Origin: an uncultured Opitutia bacterium | GTDB lineage: Bacteria > Verrucomicrobiota > Verrucomicrobiia > Opitutales > JABJCN01 | Direction: 5' to 3' | Length of the DNA stretch: 52,099 nt | Assembly (NCBI GenBank): GCA_913046175.1 | Contig: CAJWSN010000001.1 | Span: forward strand, 1-52,099 | Part shown: positions 36,100 through 46,676 of the stretch, one piece after another | Numbering within the stretch: position 1 is the stretch's first letter | Layout: every line of letters starts with the position of its first letter | Program-made: the position numbers and the translations under genes | Notes under the pieces: model-generated | Told to the model about the DNA's origin: nothing | Databases searched by the model: none | What the model saw: only the letters and a program-made list of their open reading frames with translations

Positions 36100-39000
36100 A
36101 TGCCCAAGCGTACCGACCTGAATAGCATACTTATAATTGGTTCCGGCCCGATCATTATCGGTCAGGCCTGTGAATTTGATTATTCCGGCACCCAGGCCTG
36201 CAAGGCTCTGGAGGAGGAGGGTTATCGTGTCGTCCTTGCCAATAGCAACCCGGCCACAATCATGACGGACCCGGAGTTTGCCGACGTGACTTACATTGAA
36301 CCGCTAACGGTCCAGGTTCTGGAGAAAATCATTGAAAAGGAAAAGCCGGATGCACTGTTGCCAACGCTGGGCGGCCAGACCGGCCTCAACCTTTCGCTGG
36401 AGCTGGCCAAGGCTGGCATCCTTGAAAAGCATGGCGTGGAATTGATCGGGGCGAAACAAAAGGCCATAGAAAAGGGGGAGGACCGCGAACTTTTCAAGAA
36501 GGCAATGCCCAAGGTGGGGCTGGATGTTGCCCACTCAGACACCGTAACGACGGTGAAGGACGCCCTGCAGGCCCAGAAGGAGATCGGTGGCCAGTTCCCG
36601 GTCATTATCCGTCCCAGTTTCACCTTGGGTGGCACTGGTGGCGGCATTGCATACAACCTGGAGGAGTTTGAGCAAATGGTTGCAACAGGCCTCGATCTTT
36701 CACCGGTCGGCCAGATTTTGATTGAGGAATGCCTGCTGGGATGGAAGGAGTTTGAGATGGAGGTGATGCGCGACCACAAGGACCAGTGCATTGTCATTTG
36801 CTCCATTGAGAATTTCGACCCGATGGGGGTCCATACGGGTGATTCCATCACAGTGGCCCCGGCCATGACCCTGTCAGACAGGGAATACCAGCTTATGCGG
36901 GACGCCTCTTTTGCCTGCATCCGTGAGGTTGGAGTGGAAACCGGTGGCAGCAATATCCAGTTTGCCGTCAATCCGCGGACAGGCCGGATGGTGGTGATCG
37001 AGATGAACCCCCGGGTTTCCCGAAGTTCCGCCCTGGCTTCGAAGGCGACCGGATTCCCGATAGCCAAGATTGCAGCTAAATTGGCCGTGGGCTACAGCCT
37101 TGATGAGTTGCCCAACGATATCACGCGGGAGACACCGGCAAGCTTTGAGCCTTCCATTGACTATGTGGTCACCAAGGTGCCCCGGTTCGCCTTTGAAAAG
37201 TTTCCACAGACCGACAACACCCTGACCTCCGCCATGAAATCCGTGGGGGAGGCGATGGCGATCGGCAGAACCTTCAAGGAGTCCTTCCAAAAGGCCCTGC
37301 GATCCCTTGAGATTGGAGCCACAGGCTTCAGCGCATGGAAGCACATCAATGAAGACCGGATGCCCGGTAAGTCTGCCCTGACAGCCAATCTTCGAAAGCC
37401 AACTGCAGAACGGGTCTTCTATTTACGGCTGGCCTTCCTCTCAGGAATGTCGCTTGAGGAAATTTTTGCTGCAACTGCTATTGATCCCTGGTTCCTCGAT
37501 CAGCTCGGGCAGCTTGTGGAAATGGAGGAGATGCTTCGGGGCACCACACTGAAGACGCTGGATCCTGACCTTTTGCGGCGAGCCAAGGAGTGGGGGTTCA
37601 CGGATCACCAGGTGAGCCTGTTTTTGGAGTGTGAGCGAAAGGAGGTACGAAGTTGCAGGGACGAGTGGGGAATTGACACGCAGTATCGCCTCGTTGACAC
37701 CTGTGCCGCGGAGTTTGAAGCACACACGCCCTACTTTTATTCATCTTACGGCGATGAGAATGAATTGGAGGCCGGTGACCGCAGAAAGATCATGATCATT
37801 GGTGGTGGCCCCAACCGTATTGGACAGGGAATAGAATTCGACTACTGCTGTGTCCATGCATCCTTTGCCCTGCGTGAGATTGGGGTCGAGACTGTCATGG
37901 TGAATTCCAACCCGGAAACGGTATCCACCGACTACGACACCTCCGACAAGCTCTATTTTGAGCCTCTAACCATTGAGGACATCGCGGAAATCTACCGACA
38001 GGAGAAGTGTGACGGGGCGATTGTGCAATATGGTGGGCAAACCCCCCTGACGCTTGCCCTTGAGCTCCAGTCAGAAGGGGTGCATGTGATCGGCACGACC
38101 CCGGAGGACATCGAGATCGCAGAGGATCGAAAGCATTTCAAGGCAATCCTTGATAGGATTGGCCTCAGGCAGCCTGACAATGACATCGCCATTGAGCCAA
38201 TCGAGGCTTATGCAAAGGCCCGGGCACTCGGGTATCCCCTGTTGCTTCGCCCATCCTTTGTGCTGGGCGGCCGGGGAATGTTCATCGTCTTTGACGAACA
38301 GGAACTAAAGGACGTGGTTGACGAAGTTTTTGACGTGGCCCCCGGCAAGCCCGTTCTACTCGACAAGTTTCTTGATGAGGCCATAGAAATCGATGTTGAC
38401 TGCATCAGTGATGGCAAGTGCTCCGTTATTGGTGGCATGTTGCAGCACATTGAGTATGCCGGGGTGCACAGCGGGGATGCCACCATGGTCATGCCCCCTC
38501 ATTCCCTGGATGGGGACATGCTGGACACGATTCGCGAGGCCACTCATGCGCTTGCCAGTGAACTGAAGGTCGTGGGCTTGATGAATGTGCAGTTTGCGGT
38601 GAAGGATGAGGAACTCTTTGTCCTTGAGGTGAATCCCCGGGCCTCCCGCACGGTGCCTTTTGTGAGCAAGGTGATCGGGCGGCCTCTGGCCAAATTTGGG
38701 GCTCGCATCATGGCTGGAGCCACATTGGAGGAACTTGGGTTTACCGAGGAAATCACGCCTGGCTTCTGGGCGGTCAAAGAAGCCGTCTTCCCCTTTTCCC
38801 GTTTCCCGGGCGCACGGGTGGCTCTATCCCCGGAAATGAAAAGCACCGGCGAAGTCATGGGCATGGACGAGGACCTGGGCATGGCCTATGCCAAATCGCA
38901 GATGGCAGCCAAGCCCGCCCTGCCCATGACCGGCAACGTTTTCATAAGCGTCAAGGATCGTGACAAGAAAGTGGCGGTCGATGTGGCTCAGCAATTGGTG

Positions 39001-39333
39001 GCCCTTGGATTTAATGTTTATTCCACTGCGGGGACATCTGATGTGCTGCAGGAACATGGGGTCGAGGTCATGCAGCTTTTTCGCATCGGGGAGGGGAGAC
39101 CAACCGTGATTGACATGCTCAAGAGCGGCAAGATCGACATGATCGTGAACACCCCGTCTGGTCAAATCCCGCGCAAGCATGAGAATGCCATTCGCACGGA
39201 GGCGGTCCTTCGAAATATCTGCATCATGACAACGATGACTTCTGCCATGGCCGCCGTGAACGGCATTCGATCACTTGGGGAGAAGTCACTTGAGGTCAGG
39301 CCCCTCCAGGAATACGCAAGTTCTCATGACTAA
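36100..39333 (+). CDS. carB: carbamoyl-phosphate synthase large subunit
   Basis: [33 protein letters not shown]..., with duplicated ATP-grasp halves and an MGS-like C-terminus. Start placed at ATG 36100. Confidence 0.97.
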   Translation: MPKRTDLNSILIIGSGPIIIGQACEFDYSGTQACKALEEEGYRVVLANSNPATIMTDPEFADVTYIEPLTVQVLEKIIEKEKPDALLPTLGGQTGLNLSLELAKAGILEKHGVELIGAKQKAIEKGEDRELFKKAMPKVGLDVAHSDTVTTVKDALQAQKEIGGQFPVIIRPSFTLGGTGGGIAYNLEEFEQMVATGLDLSPVGQILIEECLLGWKEFEMEVMRDHKDQCIVICSIENFDPMGVHTGDSITVAPAMTLSDREYQLMRDASFACIREVGVETGGSNIQFAVNPRTGRMVVIEMNPRVSRSSALASKATGFPIAKIAAKLAVGYSLDELPNDITRETPASFEPSIDYVVTKVPRFAFEKFPQTDNTLTSAMKSVGEAMAIGRTFKESFQKALRSLEIGATGFSAWKHINEDRMPGKSALTANLRKPTAERVFYLRLAFLSGMSLEEIFAATAIDPWFLDQLGQLVEMEEMLRGTTLKTLDPDLLRRAKEWGFTDHQVSLFLECERKEVRSCRDEWGIDTQYRLVDTCAAEFEAHTPYFYSSYGDENELEAGDRRKIMIIGGGPNRIGQGIEFDYCCVHASFALREIGVETVMVNSNPETVSTDYDTSDKLYFEPLTIEDIAEIYRQEKCDGAIVQYGGQTPLTLALELQSEGVHVIGTTPEDIEIAEDRKHFKAILDRIGLRQPDNDIAIEPIEAYAKARALGYPLLLRPSFVLGGRGMFIVFDEQELKDVVDEVFDVAPGKPVLLDKFLDEAIEIDVDCISDGKCSVIGGMLQHIEYAGVHSGDATMVMPPHSLDGDMLDTIREATHALASELKVVGLMNVQFAVKDEELFVLEVNPRASRTVPFVSKVIGRPLAKFGARIMAGATLEELGFTEEITPGFWAVKEAVFPFSRFPGARVALSPEMKSTGEVMGMDEDLGMAYAKSQMAAKPALPMTGNVFISVKDRDKKVAVDVAQQLVALGFNVYSTAGTSDVLQEHGVEVMQLFRIGEGRPTVIDMLKSGKIDMIVNTPSGQIPRKHENAIRTEAVLRNICIMTTMTSAMAAVNGIRSLGEKSLEVRPLQEYASSHD

Positions 39334-39347
39334 ACTCCTGGTTGTCG

Positions 39348-40217
39348 ATGCCCGAAAGAATAACTCCCGCCCCTTCCCTTGTTGCACTCCTTTCGGGGCC
39401 CGACCGACCCGGGATTGTGGCGGAAATCAGCGGCTGGATTTTTGATAACGGCGGAAACATTATCCATGCGGATCAGCATCGGGACCACCTCAATAATGTT
39501 TTCTTCCAGCGGGTGGAGTGGGCCCCCGGAAACAATGAGCCGAACCGCATGCTTGATGACCTGGTGAAAACTGCGGCCCGCGAGTGGCAGATGCATGCCC
39601 GCGCAGCCCTTTCCTCGGATTGTCCGAAGGTTGCTGTCATGGTGTCCCGCGCGCCTCATTGCCTGCAGGATTTGCTTTTACGCTTCAAGGCCGGGGAGTT
39701 CCCCGGCGAATTGGCATGCGTGCTTTCCAACCATCCGGACCTGCGGGAAATAGCCGAGAGGGACGGTATTCCCTTTCATCACGTGCCGATATCCCCGGAA
39801 GACAAACCTGGTGCGGAGAAACGACAACGGGAGGTTTTGTCGGCTTACTCGCCGAACCTTATCATCCTTGCCCGATATATGCAGATCCTGAGTGAAGACT
39901 TTCTGGATTTGTGTGGTTGTCCGGTCATCAATATCCATCACTCCTCCCTCCCTGCATTTGCCGGGGCCAAGCCTTACCATCAGGCCTACCAGCGCGGAGT
40001 GAAGATCATTGGCGCCACCGCCCACTATGTCACCGGAGATTTGGATGCCGGGCCAATCATCCACCAGGATGTTGCCCGAATAAGTCATCGCAGGAGCGTC
40101 AAGGAAATGATCCGCAATGGCCGGGACCTTGAAAAGCTCGTGCTTTCCGCCGCAACCCGCTGGCACCTGGAAAATCGCGTGCTTGTCTATGGAAACAAGA
40201 CGATAGTTTTCGATTAG
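39348..40217 (+). CDS. purU: formyltetrahydrofolate deformylase
   Basis: ACT-like N-terminus (LLSGPDRPGIVAEISGWI), then a formyltransferase core INIHHSSLPAFAGAKPYHQAYQRGVKIIGATAHYVTGDLDAGPII. Start placed at ATG 39348. Confidence 0.93.
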   Translation: MPERITPAPSLVALLSGPDRPGIVAEISGWIFDNGGNIIHADQHRDHLNNVFFQRVEWAPGNNEPNRMLDDLVKTAAREWQMHARAALSSDCPKVAVMVSRAPHCLQDLLLRFKAGEFPGELACVLSNHPDLREIAERDGIPFHHVPISPEDKPGAEKRQREVLSAYSPNLIILARYMQILSEDFLDLCGCPVINIHHSSLPAFAGAKPYHQAYQRGVKIIGATAHYVTGDLDAGPIIHQDVARISHRRSVKEMIRNGRDLEKLVLSAATRWHLENRVLVYGNKTIVFD

Positions 40218-40348
40218 CGGATGTTGTGTCAGTCGCCTGCTTCGCCGACATTTTTCAGCATGCCATAAATGATTGCTTTTTTTGCGCCCTCTGATTGTGT
40301 ATCACGCTCTTTTTCTATACAACAAAGTTGTACGCCCACAATTCAATC

Positions 40349-40672
40349 ATGCAATTTCTTGCCTTTTCACCCATAGCCCAGGCGGACCCGGCGGGCAACC
40401 CCTTGTTCAGCCTGTTGATGCCCATGCTGTTCTTCGCGCTTGCGATGTGGTTTCTCTTTATCGCACCGCAACAAAAGCAGAAGAAGGAAAAGGAAAAGAT
40501 GATCAATGCCTTGGGGTCGGGAGACAAGATCGTCACGATTGGCGGCTTCTACGGGATTGTGCAAAGCGTCAAGGAGGACCGGGTTGTCGTCAAGATCGCA
40601 GAGGGCACCAAGGTGGAAATTGAAAAGAGTGCGGTGCAGACCGTTGCCAACAAGGACAGTGGCAAGAAGTAA
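40349..40672 (+). CDS. yajC: preprotein translocase subunit YajC
   Basis: LLMPMLFFALAMWFLFIAPQQKQKKEKEKMINALGSGDKIVTIGGFYGIV. Start placed at ATG 40349. Confidence 0.9.
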   Translation: MQFLAFSPIAQADPAGNPLFSLLMPMLFFALAMWFLFIAPQQKQKKEKEKMINALGSGDKIVTIGGFYGIVQSVKEDRVVVKIAEGTKVEIEKSAVQTVANKDSGKK

Positions 40673-40699
40673 TTTATCCTTCCAGCATTCATTTTACCT

Positions 40700-43462
40700 A
40701 TGACCGGAAAAATTCTCTGGAAAATTTTAGTCAGTGCACTGGTCTTCCTGTGGGCTGGATTAAATCTTGTACCGCTTGAAGACCAGGACTTTGGTAAATT
40801 CCTGCAGCTTCGGCAAAATAAACAAAATGCCGATGAAGCCCAGAATGTCCGGCTCGCCGGGCTGGTTGATGAAGCCGAGGTCAATTTTGATAAAGGCCAG
40901 GATGCCTCGCCTTATCTTTCGCTTCTTCGCATGGGCCGTGAGGGCTTTACCTACTATGTTGATGGGGTGCCCAGCCTTCTTCCCGCAGGTAAAAAGCCGG
41001 ATAGCTTCAATTTGTTTCCCACGGCTGACATCGAAAAAAGAGACGATGGCAAATATTACCAGCGTGGAGGCAAGGAGCCCTTGTCGAATGCCAAGACAAA
41101 GGGAATTGATTTTGTTGAATTCTTTCCGAAGGTCGAAAACCGGTACGCTGGTGTTAAAAACCGGGACAAGCGCAACGAGGAACTGCTGGCTGAACTTTTC
41201 CAGCTTTCCCGGGGCCGGGTTCGTCTTGGCCTCGACCTCAAGGGAGGCATTGCCTACACCCTCAAGCTCAACGAGGAGAAGGACGCTGGGCAGATTCAAT
41301 ACTCAAATGCGGAGGAGCAGCTGGCTGATGTCATCCGGATTATGCGCAAGCGCCTGGACGGACTCGGCGTGGCTGAACCGGTCATTCGTGCACGGGGTTA
41401 TGACATGTTGGAGATTCAACTTCCGGGCATCACCTCCAAGGACAACCCGGAAGCGATCAACACCCTGAAAAAACCGGCCAAGCTGGATTTTCGCATGGTG
41501 GATCGCAATTCACCGACCCTTTTCGCCCCGCCCACGGAGGACCAGCGTCCATCCGCCGGCTACATCTACATGAAGGGCGAAGAGGAAAACCAGGAAACCG
41601 GTGAACCTTATGACATCTACCATCCTGTGGAGCGTCGCCCGACAGCGGTCGGGAACATCGTCAAGGAAGCCTTTCCCTCCATCAATGATTTTGGCAGCTA
41701 CAAGGTTTCCATGAATTTTACTGGCGAAGGCCGCAAGAAGTTCTCGGCAATTACGGGAAGGATTGCGGCGGAAAATGTACCCGGTCAACCACCTGGTCAA
41801 TTGGCAATTGTCTTGGATGGTGAGGTTTTCAGTGCCCCAACCGTTCGTGAGCGCATTGATGGAAATGCCGAGATTTCCGGACGCTTTTCTTTACAGGAAG
41901 CCAAGGAACTGGCCAATGTCTTGAACAACCCACTCAGTGTTGAGTTAGAGCTCGGCGAGAAATACGAGGTGAGCCCCACATTGGCGAAAGACTCACAGGC
42001 AAAGAGTATCAGCGCTGCGCAGTGGGGCGCCATCCTGATCGTGGTCTTCATGATTGTCTATTATTTTGCCGGAGGGATGGTGGCTGTGGTGTCCGTGGCG
42101 ATGAACCTTTTGCTGGTCCTGGGCGTGCTGGCGAGCCTTGGGGCAACTGTCACCCTGCCGGGGGTTGCTGCACTGGTACTCACGATTGGAATGGCGGTGG
42201 ACGCCAACATCCTCATCTTTGAAAGGATTCGCGAGGAGCTGCAGCATGGAAAGTCACTCAAGGTTGCACTGGAGGATGGGTACAACAAGGCGTTCTCCAC
42301 CATCATCGACGCGAACCTGACTACCTTGATTACAGCAGGAATCCTCTACTCACTTGGCACCGGCCCCGTTCGCGGCTTCGGGCTCACCCTGGCGGTCGGG
42401 ATTGTTTCATCCGTTTTCTGCGCCTTGGTTGTCAGCCGTTTTTTCCTGGAGTCCCTGGTGCATTGGCTGGGCGCGCGTCGCGTGCTTGGCTTGAAGCTCA
42501 TACCGGACGACCGGAACTGGAAATTCCTGGAAAGGCGCAAACCCCTCATGCTGGGTTCCCTGATCCTTGTTACTGGTGGCATGATTTATACGGGCACGAA
42601 CGTGAAAGACATCCTGGGCATCGACTTCACTGGCGGTGACGAAATCACACTCGAAGTGGCTGAAGGCCAGTCAATGCTGACAGAGGAGGAAGTCCTCCAG
42701 GTGCGGGATGCAGAGGATTCCATCAATAACGCGCAGGCGGTGTTTATTCAGGATTTAAGTGGCGGCCGGGAGCAATTAAAGGTCCAGACCGACCTCGACC
42801 AGGGGCTCACTTTTTTTGATGCCCTGGACAAGACATTTCCTGATCGCAAACTGGAATTGATCGGGGAGACGCAGATAGGTGGTTCCGTGAGCAAGGACAT
42901 CCAGAAGAATGCCTGGCTGGCGGTGGCATTTTCCCTTGTTGGCATCCTTCTTTATGTGGCACTTCGCTTTGAATTGGGATATGGCATAGGCGCGGTTGCT
43001 GCCACGGTGCACGATGTGCTCATCACCATCGGCCTCTACGTTCTGCTGGGAAAGCTCGGGTTCTGTTCGGGGCAATTTACGGCGCCCATGCTGGCGGCCC
43101 TGCTCATGATTCTCGGTTACTCCATCAACGACACAATTGTCTTGTTTGACCGCATCCGGGAGGAATTAATCCTACATCCGAACATGACCTTGGGTCGCGT
43201 GATCAATTTTTCTGTCAACCGGGTGCTTCCCCGGACGATACTCACGAGTATCACGACTCTTCTTGCGGCCAGTGCCCTTTACATTTTCGGTGCCGGAATT
43301 ATCAAGGACTTTTCATTTGTCTTTGTTCTGGGAATCCTGACCGGTACTTATTCCTCCATCTTTATTGCCAGCCCAATTTTCTACTGGTGGCACAAGGGGG
43401 ATCGCAAGCATGTGGAGCAACGTGAACTCCTGCCCAAGTATGACTGGGGCGATGCTTCCTGA
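40700..43462 (+). CDS. secDF: protein translocase subunit SecDF (fusion)
   Basis: The SecD part reads LGLDLKGG...LGVAEPVI...GMAVDANILIFERIREE. The SecF part reads GYSINDTIVLFDRIREE. Length is 920 aa with 12 TM-like segments. Confidence 0.93.
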   Translation: MTGKILWKILVSALVFLWAGLNLVPLEDQDFGKFLQLRQNKQNADEAQNVRLAGLVDEAEVNFDKGQDASPYLSLLRMGREGFTYYVDGVPSLLPAGKKPDSFNLFPTADIEKRDDGKYYQRGGKEPLSNAKTKGIDFVEFFPKVENRYAGVKNRDKRNEELLAELFQLSRGRVRLGLDLKGGIAYTLKLNEEKDAGQIQYSNAEEQLADVIRIMRKRLDGLGVAEPVIRARGYDMLEIQLPGITSKDNPEAINTLKKPAKLDFRMVDRNSPTLFAPPTEDQRPSAGYIYMKGEEENQETGEPYDIYHPVERRPTAVGNIVKEAFPSINDFGSYKVSMNFTGEGRKKFSAITGRIAAENVPGQPPGQLAIVLDGEVFSAPTVRERIDGNAEISGRFSLQEAKELANVLNNPLSVELELGEKYEVSPTLAKDSQAKSISAAQWGAILIVVFMIVYYFAGGMVAVVSVAMNLLLVLGVLASLGATVTLPGVAALVLTIGMAVDANILIFERIREELQHGKSLKVALEDGYNKAFSTIIDANLTTLITAGILYSLGTGPVRGFGLTLAVGIVSSVFCALVVSRFFLESLVHWLGARRVLGLKLIPDDRNWKFLERRKPLMLGSLILVTGGMIYTGTNVKDILGIDFTGGDEITLEVAEGQSMLTEEEVLQVRDAEDSINNAQAVFIQDLSGGREQLKVQTDLDQGLTFFDALDKTFPDRKLELIGETQIGGSVSKDIQKNAWLAVAFSLVGILLYVALRFELGYGIGAVAATVHDVLITIGLYVLLGKLGFCSGQFTAPMLAALLMILGYSINDTIVLFDRIREELILHPNMTLGRVINFSVNRVLPRTILTSITTLLAASALYIFGAGIIKDFSFVFVLGILTGTYSSIFIASPIFYWWHKGDRKHVEQRELLPKYDWGDAS

Positions 43463-43493
43463 GGTTCGATTGCGCAGGACACCCACCCATCCC

Positions 43494-45227
43494 ATGGATT
43501 CCAACAAGCTCTGGTCATACGACCCCCCGCCGGGGCATGTTATTGACCAATTGGCAAAGGACTTGTCGGTGAGCCGTTTTCTGGCGAACCTGTTGGTGCA
43601 GCGTGGTATTACTGACCCCGAGAAGGCAGAGGTTTTTCTCTCGCCTCGCCTCAAGAGCCTGGGGGATCCCTTGCTGTTGACCAACCTGGAGAAGGCGTCA
43701 AACCGCATCCTCAGCGTGATCCGGGAAAATGGGGAAATCTCAATCCTTGGGGATTATGACGTGGATGGCGTTACCAGTACAACCCTGCTGGTAAGTTTCC
43801 TTAAGCTTTTCGGGAATTTCCCAAGGTTTTTTGTCCCCCGCAGGCTGGAGGAGGGATATGGCATGAGCCGGGCTGTCATCAAGCGTGCCATCTCTGCGGG
43901 CACACCCTCTCTTTTCATTGCCCTTGATTGTGGGACGAACTCGATTCAGGAGGTTGCCTACCTTCGCTCGTTGAATGTGGATGTTATAATCATTGATCAT
44001 CACCAGTCCACCCAGGAGACCCCCGAGGATTGTATACTCGTTAATCCGCACATATTTGACAAAAAGGAAAGCCCCTGGCTCGACCTGTGCACCGTGGGCC
44101 TGGTTTTCAAGTTGATACACGGAATGGTGAAAATCCTGCGTGACCAGGGCAATGAAGATGCCCACCAGGTTCAGCTTAAGGACTATCTGGACCTTGTGGC
44201 CCTTGGCACGGTTGCTGATCTTGTGCCGCTTCGTGAAGAGAACCGGGTTCTTGTGCGGCATGGACTGGAGCGGTTGCGCCAGAGTACCCGCTGTGGTATA
44301 CAGGCGCTCTTTCAGGTGAGCGGACTGGGAATTGAGGGCAAGGAACTCAAGTCGAGCGACATTTCCTTTCGCCTCGGTCCGCGCATCAATGCAAGTGGCC
44401 GACTCGCCGATGCGACACTTCCAATCGAGATGCTTCTCTCGGACAATTTCCAGAATTCCCTTCAATCTGCGAGGCAACTCGATGAGATGAATACCGAAAG
44501 GCAGCAAATCGAGCGCTCCATCGTGGCTGAGGCAGAAAAAATGGCGATGGAACGCTATCATGATTCCCATGGAATTGTGGTATTCAACCCTTCCTGGCAT
44601 CCCGGTGTTGTCGGCATCGTGGCCAGTCGGTTGACAAATATTCTTAAGAAACCTTCCATTGTACTTGGTGCTGAAGGAACGATCGCCAAGGGCTCCGGTC
44701 GAAGTGTGTTGGGGGTGGATTTGGTGAAGGCACTCACGCAGGTTGAGGAGATGCTGGTTGAATTTGGTGGCCACCCCATGGCGGTTGGCCTTTCTTTGGA
44801 ACAGGTGGACCTGGAGCGTTTTCGCGCGGCCTTTGATGCCTCGGTTGAGGCTCTTCTTGGAGATTTTGACACGACACCAGCACTTGCAATTGATTCCTGG
44901 GTTCAACCCGAGGATCTTGGGCGGGACTTGCTGGGGGAACTGGAGAAGATGCATCCCTTCGGGCAGGGGAATCCGGAGCCAGTCATTGGCACCCGCTTTC
45001 TGGAGCTTGCCCAGCGCCCCCAGGTATTTGGGGAAGGGGGGAAGAATTTTCGCTTTCAATATTTCACCCCTTCCGGGGAAAGGATTAGCGGAATATCCTG
45101 GAAATTTGAAGGCTCGTTACCACCAGCGAATGTGCCATTGGACCTGGCCTTTCGATTTGGCTGGAATCATTGGAACGGAAACAGTTATCCGCAAATGGAA
45201 GTGCTGGACTGGCGGCTTTCCAGCTAG
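43494..45227 (+). CDS. recJ: single-stranded-DNA-specific exonuclease RecJ
   Basis: GDYDVDGVTS, IALDCG, IIIDHH and GGHPMAVG (DHH/DHHA1 motifs). Start placed at ATG 43494, just after the secDF stop. Confidence 0.93.
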   Translation: MDSNKLWSYDPPPGHVIDQLAKDLSVSRFLANLLVQRGITDPEKAEVFLSPRLKSLGDPLLLTNLEKASNRILSVIRENGEISILGDYDVDGVTSTTLLVSFLKLFGNFPRFFVPRRLEEGYGMSRAVIKRAISAGTPSLFIALDCGTNSIQEVAYLRSLNVDVIIIDHHQSTQETPEDCILVNPHIFDKKESPWLDLCTVGLVFKLIHGMVKILRDQGNEDAHQVQLKDYLDLVALGTVADLVPLREENRVLVRHGLERLRQSTRCGIQALFQVSGLGIEGKELKSSDISFRLGPRINASGRLADATLPIEMLLSDNFQNSLQSARQLDEMNTERQQIERSIVAEAEKMAMERYHDSHGIVVFNPSWHPGVVGIVASRLTNILKKPSIVLGAEGTIAKGSGRSVLGVDLVKALTQVEEMLVEFGGHPMAVGLSLEQVDLERFRAAFDASVEALLGDFDTTPALAIDSWVQPEDLGRDLLGELEKMHPFGQGNPEPVIGTRFLELAQRPQVFGEGGKNFRFQYFTPSGERISGISWKFEGSLPPANVPLDLAFRFGWNHWNGNSYPQMEVLDWRLSS

Positions 45228-45352
45228 GACATCTTGTCGTTTGCACCCGAGCCCTCCCAAAAAAAACCCTTATTGGCTAAAGTCGCTTCGTTGCCGGTCG
45301 ATTTACAGTGGTGACTATCTATCTTCAACGTGACATTGAAGGTTTTTCCAGT

Positions 45353-45388
45353 GGTCGCCGGGTCGACGGATCCGGCGGCCTTTTTTTT
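45353..45388 (+). terminator. intrinsic terminator
   Basis: The stem is GGTCGCCGG(GTC)...(GA)CCGGCGGCC (about 9-12 bp, one G-U pair), followed by T8 at 45381-45388. It lies 125 nt after the recJ stop and 52 nt before the arsC-type ATG. Confidence 0.7.
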
Positions 45389-45440
45389 GTTCCAGACAAA
45401 TGGATTGATTGGCAGACACAATTAAGCGTAGGAGTGTCTT

Positions 45441-45896
45441 ATGCCGGAAAGAAAAAGAGTCCTCTTTGTATGTATTCATAACAGTGCCCGCTCCCAGATG
45501 GCCGAGGCTTTCCTGCAAAAAGTTTGTCGTGAGCAATTCGAGGTCCAGAGTGCAGGCCTTGAGCCGGGTACTCTTAATCCTCTGGTTGTTAGAGTCATGA
45601 AGGAGGTGGGTATTGATATTTCTGGAAATGAAACCCGATCTGTGGGAGATATTTTGAACCGAGGGGAATCCTTCGATCACGTGATAACGGTTTGCGATGA
45701 GGCCAGTGCCGAAAGATGTCCGGTCTTGCCAGGCCCGGGACATCGTCATCACTGGGGATTCCCGGATCCTTCAGCCTTAAAAGGAAGCGAAGAGGATCGG
45801 CTTCCTGAAACCCGCAGGATTCGGGATCAAATTCTCTCCCGAATACGTGAATGGTGTCAGGAATGTTGTGGCGCTGGGGATGTACGCGCGTCCTGA
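45441..45896 (+). CDS. arsC: arsenate reductase, thioredoxin-coupled LMW-PTP-fold type (ArsC)
   Basis: P-loop VLFVCIHNSARSQMAE. The second Cys pair is VITVCDEASAERCP. HWGFPDPS is also present. Confidence 0.8.
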   Translation: MPERKRVLFVCIHNSARSQMAEAFLQKVCREQFEVQSAGLEPGTLNPLVVRVMKEVGIDISGNETRSVGDILNRGESFDHVITVCDEASAERCPVLPGPGHRHHWGFPDPSALKGSEEDRLPETRRIRDQILSRIREWCQECCGAGDVRAS

Positions 45897-46676
45897 TCAA
45901 CCATAACGGCCCTCAATATACTCAATGGTCTTCTGGTTTTTTGGGGAGATGAAGATCTGCTCCGTGCGATCGTGTTCAACGATCTCCCCAAGGAGCATGA
46001 AAATACACTCCTGACTGACCCGTCGGGCTTGGGCCATATTGTGGGTGACGATAAGAATCGTGTATTCGCCCGCCATCCCGGCCATCAACTCTTCGACTGC
46101 ACGGGTTCCATCCACATCCAAAGCGGAGCAGGGTTCATCCATTAGGATGACCTTTGGCTTCAGTGGAAGCAGGCGGGCGATACACAACTTCTGTTGTTGC
46201 TCAAGCTGCAGGCTGGTGGCGCGCTCCTTCAGTTTGTCCTTCAGGTCATCCCATAGCCGGACCTCGCGCAGGGCGGTTTCGACGGCCTCATCGAGCTGGC
46301 TTTTGCCCAAGGCCCGGCGTTCCGAATGTATTCGCAGGCCGAAGACGATGTTTTCATAAATGGATATGGGCAGTGGATTGGGTCGCTGAAAGACGATGCC
46401 GACTGACTTGCGAAGTTCCGGAAGAGAAACGTCTGCATCCAGAATGTTCTTGCCCAGGATGTGGATGTCGCCGGACGTGGTTACATTTCCATAGCGCTCG
46501 TTCACGCGGTTGAGAGATCGCAGGAGGGTGGTCTTCCCGCAACCAGAGGGTCCGATCAGGCTGGTAATGATGCCATCACGTATGTCGAGGCTTACATTCT
46601 GGAGGGCCTGAAAGTCTCCATACCAAAGGCTGAAGTCACGTATTGTGACGCAAAGGCTCTCTGCTTTTTCACTCAT
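45897..46676 (-). CDS. pstB: phosphate ABC transporter ATP-binding protein PstB (signature motif degenerate)
   Basis: Walker A GPSGCGKTT, Q-loop VGIVFQRPNPLPISIYENIVFG, Walker B ILMDEPCSALD, H-loop IVTHNMAQARRVS. The terminal IEGRYG is typical of PstB. The signature reads SLQLEQQQKL instead of LSGGQQQRL. Confidence 0.9.
   Translation of the reverse strand: MSEKAESLCVTIRDFSLWYGDFQALQNVSLDIRDGIITSLIGPSGCGKTTLLRSLNRVNERYGNVTTSGDIHILGKNILDADVSLPELRKSVGIVFQRPNPLPISIYENIVFGLRIHSERRALGKSQLDEAVETALREVRLWDDLKDKLKERATSLQLEQQQKLCIARLLPLKPKVILMDEPCSALDVDGTRAVEELMAGMAGEYTILIVTHNMAQARRVSQECIFMLLGEIVEHDRTEQIFISPKNQKTIEYIEGRYG

Noticed and set aside
43740-45059. A 439-aa minus-strand ORF inside recJ
   Set aside because: It is antisense to a well-supported RecJ (DHH/DHHA1 motifs) and has no motifs of its own. 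I treat it as a shadow ORF. The same reasoning applies to 36291-37067 (inside carB), 31111-31749, 28498-29340, 28661-29335, 15423-16544, 19235-19759 and 132-413.
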